A stretch of 30,553 bases of DNA from Sarea resinae (Eukaryota). The position numbers and the translations under genes are program-made. Shown here piece after piece: positions 1 through 9,231 of this stretch. Where the stretch lies: positions 62,001 to 92,553 of the forward strand of contig JAPEUD010000088.1 in the NCBI GenBank assembly GCA_026026165.1, read 5' to 3'. The notes below the pieces were generated by a model. That model had not been told where the DNA came from. It was given only the letters and a program-made list of their open reading frames with translations, and did no database searches. The first letter of the stretch is position 1. Each line of letters begins with the position of its first letter.

Positions 1-1324
1 GCCGAGCTGGATCGTCGGCCTTTGGTGCTGGCGGCGTGGGTCGCGCGCTTGAACATGTGGGGAATGCGGGCGCGGGCCAGCGACGTAGCGGTGCTGCCGT
101 CGGCAGGGTGGATTTGCTGGTAGGTTTCGAATTCTACGAGGAGGGCGTTGAGGGCGCGGAGGAACTCGAGGGGCGTCGTCGAGTTGAGGTCGATGATTGT
201 TGGTAAAGAGAGACCGAGTAATAGGTAGTTCGTTGCGCGCCGTGGCAGCTTCTTGGAGTCGAAGTAGGGCATGCGTGTCAGGTCGTGTTTGCTGAAGAGG
301 AGGGTATTGAACCAATAGATGTGGCCTTCGTGACTGCCAGAGAGAAGACGTAATTAGTCATGGACTGCTTGCGGTAGAATTTTATCTTTGATGTAAGGAC
401 ATACGCTTTTCGGAGGTAGTCTAACGTAGATATCCGTTTCGATGCCATCTCTTGTATGTGCTGGTAGACAAGATTGAGGTTCTCTCCACCACTCGTGGGC
501 GCCGAAGGCACCACCGGCGCTGCTGCTCCCAGACCCGCCGAGTTGCCCTGCCCGAAGCTCGCATTGGAGTATCCCGTGCCTGGCGGTCTTGGCGGGTCCG
601 AGTCCTTTCTCGCGGTGTAATTGAAGGGTGCGACTATCATGGCGAAAGCAGTCGACGCTCTTCGAGGCCCAGCCGCCGATATGGGGCCCGCCTCTTCTTC
701 TGCTGCTGCTGCTCCTGCTGCTGCTGTCGCGGCTGCGACGGTCGAGTCCGGCGCAAATCTCCTGAACGGATCGGCAGAGTAAAGGGGGCTCAGCGAGCTC
801 TTTCGCGAGCTGGCAGAGGCGGATTGCGGCGAGCGCTTGAGGTGTGAGGACGTCGAGCTGGCGGGTGTCGATTTCTCCGGAGAGTTGGACGTTGTCGAAT
901 TGGGCGCGAGAGCATCGATGGTGCGTGCCGTCTGCTGGGAGGATGATCTCGAGGGGGGGTACGAAGAGTGATCTTGGGTGCAGAAGTCTGGGCCTAGTGT
1001 GGTGCTCGGGGCGAAGATCGTCGACCAGGGGGGGTCCCGAGGGTGTTCGGGCTGAGATGCGAAATTGTAGGAATTAGATGAGGATGCTGCTGGCTCGAAG
1101 AGGGAAGAGGCGGCACCAAGGGTCGTGATGTCGGCTCGGGTGTCCGAGAAGAGGCCGGCAAGAGCGAGCAGATGATCCGCGGCTGCGGTTGCTGTTGCGG
1201 TTGCGGTTGCGGTTGAAGCCGACGGGGAAGCTGAAGTCGAAGTCGAAGTCGAAGTCGAAGTCGAAGTCGCTCTCGACGAAGACGACGACGACAACGGCAA
1301 ACGAGGAGATGAGTTGTGCAACAT
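1..1324 (-). CDS. Hypothetical fungal protein, conserved-looking C-terminal domain; 3' end lies beyond the window. Exons 1324-405 and 333-<1; intron 404-334
   Basis: Seen: ORF from ATG 1324; intron with GTATGT donor, GACTAAT branch and CAG acceptor restores the frame (ISTLDYLRKA/HEGHIYWFNTLLFSKHDLTRMPYFDSKKLPRRATNYLLLGLSLPTIIDLNSTTPLEFLRALNALLVEFETYQQIHP...), open to the window edge. The N-terminal ~225 aa are S/T/A low complexity, so the start could instead be ATG 640 (gccATG, MIVAPFNY). Function unknown. Confidence 0.8.
1233..1268. repeat. (GAAGTC)6 hexamer microsatellite inside the left-hand ORF (encodes TSTSTS)
   Basis: Seen directly; imperfect (GCGGTT)n at about 1185-1214 encodes ATATAT. 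Confidence 0.95.
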
Positions 1325-2084
1325 GTTCGATTATGTATTCATAAATCAACAGTGATCGATGAGGGGAGTAAACGATTGTGGTTAGGATATCACGGATCCG
1401 GTGGCATCACTAGACTTGTTTCCGTACTAGGCTCAGGGTCCCGGGAAGAAAGTGGAAGGAGGAAAGAAGGATGAGACAGGGACCGGATAAAGGGGCGACG
1501 GGCGGAGGGCGATGGGGGAGGCATAGCGCGGAACCCAAAAGCCAATTGGCCTCTTGCCTAGCAGGCATGGGAAACTCGTAATTATCGCTCTCTCTGATTG
1601 GCTACGGATGGCATTTCATTACTATCTGTCGTCTCGTTCAGCGACGGACGAGTCTCGGCGGAGCATTTGATACGTACGAGGAGAGGAGAGGGGAGGAGAG
1701 GGGAGTAGAAGGCGGGACAGGAGAGCAGAGCAAAGGAGAAAACAGGCCGGAGGAACTGAATTGAGAGGAGAGAGTAGAGTACTACTTCAGTATGTAGAGG
1801 AATAAGTGAATTCCGCCGACTGCCCCACCCCCCACCACTCTCCGCCAGATCACCGCCCAACAGTGAAGATCACTCCCCACCAACTGGCAATTACACGTGC
1901 CGAAGCAGGAACAGAACCCGACCATCTGTACGATACACGAATAGTCAAATGAGTTCATGATTCAATGACGATCACGCCCGATCGATACAATACAATCTCG
2001 ATGACTCTACAACAGCCTCTATCCAACTCATCTTAGCGCATTCAATTGGACACACGACGCCGTGGTGCCCGTCTCGACGCTGCC
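1325..2084. promoter_or_regulatory. Divergent intergenic/promoter region between the hypothetical gene and ECT1
   Basis: Seen: head-to-head gene arrangement, GA-rich tracts (CT-rich on the - strand), palindromic GCCAATTGGC at 1541-1550, CACGTG at 1894-1899. Regulatory function is inferred. Confidence 0.5.
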
Positions 2085-3668
2085 ATGGGGTCCGAAAAGG
2101 CAACGGAGACACCAGCTGCTGGGCAGTGGCCGGTAGACCCGCAGGAAGACGTGCCCATCGAGAAGGATCGCATCTGGGTAGATGGGTGCTTCGACTTCAG
2201 TCATCACGGTAGTACACCCTGGAGCTACGATCTCGTGAGCGAAGCCCTGACAATCATCACTCTTAGGCCATGCCGGCGCAATGCTCCAAGCAAGACGACT
2301 AGGCAAGGAGCTTCTCGTGGGCATCCACTCGGATGAGGAAATATTAGAAAACAAGGGCCCAACGGTCATGACGCTGAAAGAACGGTCTTACACCTCTCGT
2401 CTGCGGCCAATTCGCTTTCACACTCGCTGACGTCTCGAAATAGAGTCATCGCCGTTGACGCGTGCCGCTGGGCCACCAAATCCATCCCCTACGCTCCCTA
2501 CGTCACCTCGTTACCCTGGATCTCGCACTACGGCTGCTACTACGTTGTGCACGGCGACGACATCACCTCGGACAGCGGTGGGGAAGACTGCTACCGCTTC
2601 GTCAAAGCTGCAGGCCGGTTTCTCGTCGTAAAGCGCACCCCCGGTATTTCAACGACGGACCTGGTGGGCAGAATGCTCCTCTGCACCAAAACCCACTTCA
2701 TCAAGTCGCTCACAAAGGTGCTGGAAGGAGAAGAGGGCGCTGGGAGTGCGGAGGAGCGGCGAAAGGTCGGCGAGGAGATGAGCCAGCGGATCAAGGAATA
2801 CGCCAGCGATGAGACTGGCCTAGCTCCTGGGCCGGAAGTGTGGGTATGGAACGCCTCGGCGGCAGCGCGGATAGGAGATGACGCCAATGGCGAAGAGGGT
2901 ACCTTCAAGAGAATCGTGGCGGGAAAGCCAGTGCAGCCGGGCCAGTCGGTCATCTACGTCGATGGCGGCTTCGACCTCTTCTCGACAGGCCACATCGAAT
3001 TCCTTCGACGCGTTGTTTCTGCCGAGGAAGAAGAGGGCAGGAAGCGCGGTTGGTACGACGAGGGAGCGAAGCAGAAACGAATTGCCGAGCACGGCGAGGA
3101 TTACGGCCCGGCGTTTGTCGTGGCGGGCATACATGACGATGAAGTCATCAATTACTGGAAAGGCGTCAACTACCCCATCATGAACATCTTCGAACGCGGA
3201 CTCTGTGTCCTGCAGTGCCGCGTAAGCACCAGCTCCCCTCGACCAGCCCTTTAGCTCATGTTTTTCTTCTGCATGTTGACTTACTAACGAATGACACGGC
3301 CATCCCAGTACATCAACGCCCTCATCTTCTCAGCCCCCTTTACGCCAACAACAGCCTACCTCCACAACCTGCCCCACCACACACCCCACGCCGTCTACCA
3401 CGGCCCGACCTCCTTCATCCCCCTAACCTACGACCCCTATACAGCGCCCAAGGCCCTAAGCATCTACCGCTCGATCGGCACGCACGACTTTTCGCATGTG
3501 AACGCAGGCGAGATCGTGCAGCGGATCATGCGGAGCCGCGAAGCCTACGAGGAAAGACAGCGCGTAAAGGGCGAGAAGGCGGCCGGGGAAGAGGCGGTGC
3601 GAAGGAGAGAGGAGCTCGAGAGGCAGGCGGCGGGGACGGAGAAGGAGAGGAAAGAGGCCGTGGCGTAG
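2085..3668 (+). CDS. ECT1: Ethanolamine-phosphate cytidylyltransferase (Kennedy pathway). Exons 2085-2208, 2267-2384, 2444-3221, 3309-3668
   Basis: Spliced product has two cytidylyltransferase domains: RIWVDGCFDFSHHGHAGAMLQARRLG (HxGH), VGIHSDEEILENKGPTVMTLKER, VVHGDD, VKRTPGISTTDLVGRML, and a second domain IYVDGGFDLFSTGH...VAGIHDDEVINYWKGVNYPIMNIFERGLCVLQCRYI. This matches the Ect1/Muq1/PCYT2 family. All three introns are GT..AG with CTGAC/CTAAC branch sites. Confidence 0.95.
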
Positions 3669-3769
3669 GATTAGAGCTATCTGTCTCTTCATTCTCTTCT
3701 GTTCTTGCTCTGGCATCTTACTTCTCTACTTGCTCTCGGCCGACCAGATCGACTATAAATCACTAGCCA

Positions 3770-4310
3770 TAAATCGCTACATATGCCCTTCGGTATAGAA
3801 CCACAGAAAAGGCGCGTCTATACGCCGCTTTTAGATGTCTGCTAAAGAAAAAGAGAAAGAAAACCAAAAAGCCTAGTACTAATACTCTAGTATACCCTGA
3901 GCTCCTAGGGTAGAATGATAGGAAGCCAGTATAGATATTCAAGAAGTCGTATCAAGATAAAGGAAAACAGAGTAGATTCTATTGCTAGGTTAGGATTCTT
4001 CTAAAGGTCTAGTTCAGAGAGATAATCAAATGAACATAAAGTAATATCTTATCTGTTATTACCTCTGAACTACTACTAAGAAAGAGAGAGAGAGATTTTT
4101 TATTAAGCTTGAGAGCAGACAAGATTATTTCTCTAATATAGAGTAGGCTATTGCTATATCAGTATCTAACTATTTCTACCTCTAAACTGTTGTCTTACTA
4201 TGAAACTAAATAATTGTTATTAAACAAGAACTAGCCTAACCCTATAACAACGTCATGTATATATAGGATGCACACACTTTCTCAAGGTTTATATACTTGA
4301 TTTACATTTA
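3770..4310. other. AT-rich, TpA-rich non-coding patch; possible RIP-degraded repeat relic
   Basis: Seen: abrupt drop in GC after ECT1, many TA/CTAG/TATA words, no ORF in the track. RIP origin is inferred; no terminal repeats or transposase remnants recognised. Confidence 0.4.
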
Positions 4311-4493
4311 CATGCCTCTTCTGCCGTCTAGCCCGTGACCGCTTGTCTGTGAGACGTTTCTGAACTAATAGAAAAATTGTGAACGTAAACCACGATAAAG
4401 GAAAAGAAAAGAAAAGGGAGAAAAGATAGCATGCGAAGGCTAAAAGGCAAAACTCCAAAACACCTGCTTAGATAGACATTAACCCATCCGTGT

Positions 4494-4513
4494 ACGCACG
4501 CACGCACGCACGC
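4494..4513. repeat. (ACGC)5 microsatellite
   Basis: Seen directly. Confidence 0.9.
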
Positions 4514-4776
4514 ATGCATGATTAATCCGCCGATGGCCCACGCGCCCAGGTATCGAGCACTGATCGCTCGGGAGTTCGAAACGCTTCCAAATTCTTCCTA
4601 TTCCTTTCGATTTCCGAGTCTGGGCTTCCCCCTGGTTCATTCATACACCGACTTCAGATCGCATCTTCCGCACGCAAGGTTCCATAAATTGGATCCATGT
4701 GCGGGGTGGGGAAGCTTTTGCCCTGCTATAGGTCGGACCTTGCAGTTCAAGACCGAATGTAACCAACCGATACAGT

Positions 4777-4779
<3 letters not shown>

Positions 4780-4829
<50 letters not shown>
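4780..4829. repeat. (GA)25 microsatellite in the 3' UTR region of the PHD gene
   Basis: Seen directly, about 30 nt downstream of the stop at 4859 on the - strand. Confidence 0.97.
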
Positions 4830-4831
<2 letters not shown>

Positions 4832-4858
4832 AGGGGCAGAGCGAGGGAAGAGAAGCGG

Positions 4859-7800
4859 TTAGGCACTAGCGCCGCCACCGCTGATGGGATAAAAGGCTTT
4901 GGCCCGGGGTAATTGGCCATTAGCTCCCTAGACAAAGATTGGAAATGTCAGCAAGATTTTCGTGATAGGAGGAGCGAAAGTGAGAGTTTCTAGGAGGTAT
5001 AAAGTAGTCTATAAGGGAAAGCATTCAATCAAGAAGAGAAAGAGAACAGAGATAATTAGAAATACTTACTAAAGTGCCGTCCCGAAATGCCAGTTTCCTT
5101 TCATGCAGAACCGGTATCGGGTTTTTCGGCATCCCAATCAGCTCTTCAAACGCCAGCGGTGGCCCTGCATCATTATTCTCTCCGCTGCTAAGCTTATACT
5201 GCGGCTCGGTAGCCGCGACAGGGACACCAGCGGATCTACTACCCTTAATTCTCCTGGACCTCCTCGCTGAAACCTCTTCCTCACTATCCCTCTCGCCATT
5301 CTCATCATTTCCGGATTCATGATCATATGCGTAAGCCCGATGCGGCATAGGCAGCCCCCTCTCGACCTCACAATGCACATTCTTGCGGAATGTCCTTGCG
5401 GATGCCAAAAGCTTTCCAAATGTCTGCTTCCTGCTCGGGCGGGCTTTTATCTCTTCCATCTTGGCTTCGGCGTCAAAAAACATGCTGTTGGGTTTGAATT
5501 TTGGGTACTCCTCGAAGAAGTTGACTTCGGCACTGAACTCGACACCTCTGTTTGGGTGGGAATTTTCGTACTGGGCGACTATGAGGCGTTGGCGTAGCGT
5601 TATAGCTTCTTTTCTTAGTCGATCGAGCTCGTTGCGTGGAGGGATGACTAGCCACTCAGGGACAGGGGGTATGACGCGTGGTGACGAGATATCGTAGAGT
5701 CGTTGGCGCAGGTGAACAATTTCAGATTCTAATCTTGCTTCTTCGGTGTCTTTGGAGAAGATGGCTTTGTCTGAAGCCTGGTCTGGGGCAGCTTGCTCTG
5801 GAATTGTTTGGTGCACAAGAGATCGTTCCTGCATGGTTGAGTCTGAAGACTCTGTAGTGGGTCGATCTGGCATCTCGTTTTCTACCATAGCCAGATCTCT
5901 GTCTTCAGATACTTCTTTATCCTTGCTTCGGGCTGCAACGACACAATTCAAGCGTTCTTGCTTCTGTTTCCCATGCTTTTCTCCTTGTAACCTTTGATCA
6001 ATTCTTAGCCTTTGTATCTCATTATCACGTTCTTTAAGCTCCTCGCTCTTCTCAGCCAGCTTCTTTTCGAGTTCTTCGTTGGCAACAGCTTTACATTCCT
6101 CGAGCTTAGCCTGCGAGCGTTCGAAAGCGAGTTCATTACCCCGCATCGCCTCAATTTGATTCTTCGTCGCAGAATCGAGCTCCTGTTTGAGAGCATATTG
6201 ATTTCGATGGGAATCTTGGACTTGCTCCTCCAGGCTCCTAATGGTTGCCTTGAGCACTTGCAACTCAGCTATTCTAGGGTCTTCTGCCTCGGTACTGGGA
6301 CGTTCACTTCCGTTAATCTCATGATCTCGCAAAGGGGGATGGTCAGAAACGTTCCGAAGAGCCTTTGACGCTTTCGACACAGGAGGACTCGTCTTGTGCT
6401 TTTGAGGTTCAAGTGAAGGCTTTTTAGTACCCTTCTTGGCGAACTGCAATCCCTTGAAAACAGAGATACCTCCGGTACTGGGGGCGGACTTTTTTGCTGC
6501 TTTAGGTGGAAGTCCTTTACTTTTTACCATTTGAGAATTAATCGAGGATAATTTTGACTCAGAAGTCATGAAGCGCTTCTGGGCTTCTGGGGCCCTGGTC
6601 TCAGGAGAAGCCCCCGAGGGTGCTGGCGACTCTGACATCCAAGAAGCTGGAGCACTCGCTCCAACGGGAACTATCCGAAATGGCTCGGTAAAAGCTCCAC
6701 CTCGACAGCGAGAACTAACAGGATTAGATTTGGGAGCATATTGCTAGGATAGAGACTCACCACAGTCGTTGGAGCTTCCCCTTTTGAGTGTGCTTGAAGA
6801 GTCGCTTGCCACAGTTCATGCAGGAAGACAATATTACTGAAGGACTTGTATTTTCACACTCAGATGATTTAGGTGTGGTACTCGAATGCCCATTTTGCAT
6901 TACAGCAGAGCCCGAGTCATCTGTCAAGCGTGGCTGTAAGTTTGAAGGAGATTCCGCTGTAGCTGTTGCGCATCTCGGGCTAAGACCCCCAAGAACATCC
7001 CTTGTTTGTGGTACAGCAGAGCCCGACGCATTGCTCGAGTTTGTCTTTAGTATCGTACTATTTGTCGTTGCAGCTTTCCCGCTGTTCGGGCTGGGAATGG
7101 GAAATGGGGATGAACAGTCATAAAGCTGATAAGTCTTGTCATCACTAAGGATTTTACGAAGCCTTTCGCTCCTGTCCTTAGCATGGGGTACTTTATCTGT
7201 GGGCCCAGTTTGATCTGGGGCATCATGTATGCTTTTCGATGTGACACCTTGCAGCTCCTCTCCTGAATCTAGTTGTAATCCGGGAGGCGTGATTGCAGCG
7301 CTCTCGCGGCTGGGGTTCAGGTACGGCGATGGCCAATCGTGAGGAGCGTAAGGACTGTAGTCGATCAGACCTGCGCTAATACCGTTTTCCTCATTTTGGG
7401 CATGAGAAGGAGAACGTCTGGATTGATCTGCGAATGACGAGTTGGATTGGTTCCCGGATCTCTCGTCCAACACCACAGCCTCTGACGCTTCGATAGTTTC
7501 TCTCGGGCTACGTCTAAAACCGTTCGATGTGCCATTGGCTCTGTTAGTGTTAGCAACGTTCTCCGAGCGCGGGCTACCCCCGGCTTTCCCTCTGGGCTGA
7601 GAATTTCCTGAAACACGATCATCTTTATTGATAATTTGGCTGATTCTCATTTGTTTCGAACAAGTGTGTGAACGACTGGTCGTTAGCGGCTCCTTCATTG
7701 AATCAGGGTCTTCATTCATGCCTAATTTTCTACTTCCGTCAAGAGCTCTTGGCAAGGAATCGCTTTCATTGGCTGACAGGTTAACGAAGCCATTGCCTAT

Positions 7801-9231
7801 CTCAACAGCGGGCGGTTTGACAGCGCCTCGACTAACGGCATCGGTCTTTCCTTCTGGCATACTTGAGCGTGATGAAGGACCCTCCATTTTAACATTACTG
7901 TCGGTTCTAGACTGAGAGCTCTGCACAGAGACTTTCCTGCCCAACATTGTTTTTTGAACTTTGAACGGCCTATCATTCCCAGAGGATGAATGTGCCACTA
8001 GGGGCGAGGACTGATACGAGTTCTGCGTGGCTGGGTGAAAGGTGCTGCTTGAAGCCCTGGCACGCTTTTTCGAGGACCTTATACAGCGGGAACATCGCCA
8101 GTCACTAGAACCCTTAGCACTGTGCCGCTTAGAAACTCGCTATAATTGCGTGTAAGAGCTTGGGGGCGCTTACATGATCTCTTCAGCCCGCTCTACAGGA
8201 GGATTATGGCAAATAGGATGGTAGCGTTGTTTGCATTTAGAGCAACGAAGCAACGGCTCATGTGTGATGCGGGTGCCATCAGCACCCTGAGACTTGTTGC
8301 AGAAACAGCATTTTCTGATCTTCATACCGGACGAAGTCGACACACTTTCTGATGCAGTTCTACCACTCATGATTGAGGCCTCGGAGTGTACTGAGATAGC
8401 GTCATCTGCGGTGAGACGAGATTGAGCCGGAGTGCGGTTGCCAGGAGTGCGTAAAGAATTGTTGGCAGCGCGATCGTCTATAAGCGGTTGAAGCAGTTGA
8501 CTCGGGCTTTCACTTTTTAGAGGAGTAGTACTATCAGGTTCTGCTCTACCATTTGACTTGTCCAGGAGAGGGTATGGTGTTTGGTATGCCTGATGAAGTG
8601 TCTCGCCCAATCGTCCAGAGGTGCTTGAAACCCTACAGAAGATCTATTTAGCCCTACGGACCCTTTAATCTGCGTCTTTCGCGAAACCTACTTCAGCCTG
8701 AGCTTAGAGTCATGCAACTGAAAATCGTGCTTGCTATTGTTGCCTTCCCTCGACGGTGAATCTTTGCTGTTTTTGTTGCTAACAGCTGTCGTTTGTATCT
8801 CTGTACTATCCAAACCTATAGACCGACGGTCTCTAGCTTCTTCACTAGATACTGACTCTATTATTTTGCTTTTAGCACAGTCGTTCAGTATGAAACATCA
8901 AGCTGAATATTGAGTTCTTAGATAACGTTTCTAAAAATAGACTTACGAGCGCGTGCCTGGATATTACCCTCAACTCGCCTTTCAAAAGAATGCGACGAAT
9001 CGAAGACGGATCGCGAGGAAGTATGGCGATCATCGCTGCTAGTCAGAGAAGTGTTATTTTGCATTTTATGTTCAAATCTTGCTGGCATGTTGGAACAAGA
9101 TTCGTCTCGAAGACGACGATCGCCAACGGTGGCGTCCGTGAACTTCTCTGCAGATAAGCTGCCCTCGACATAGCCTTGGGCTCCGGTGGCTTGGGGGCCG
9201 CTATGACCTGGGACTTGTTTGCCTTGTTTAT
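4859..9231 (-). CDS. Large PHD-finger protein with a second C2-C2 zinc site and a coiled coil. Exons ?9231-8947, ~8857-8692, 8632-8174, 8104-6761, 6714-5070, 4927-4859; 5' end uncertain (first in-frame ATG 9088)
   Basis: Hand-splicing joins five ORF fragments in frame. Intron 8173-8105 completes a C4HC3 PHD finger (CFC...CSKCKQRYHPICH...DWRCSRC). Intron 6760-6715 completes CMNC-x15-CSRC. Intron 5069-4928 gives the end LAFRDGTL/GANGQLPRAKAFYPISGGGASA*. Heptad-rich coiled coil at about 6280-5990. The acceptor of the 8946 intron and the start codon are uncertain. Confidence 0.8.

Noticed and set aside
4540..4590. tRNA-like pieces: hairpin CGAGC-actgatc-GCTCG followed by GTTCGAAAC
   Set aside because: No acceptor stem or D-arm, and loop sequence and spacing do not fit a cloverleaf.
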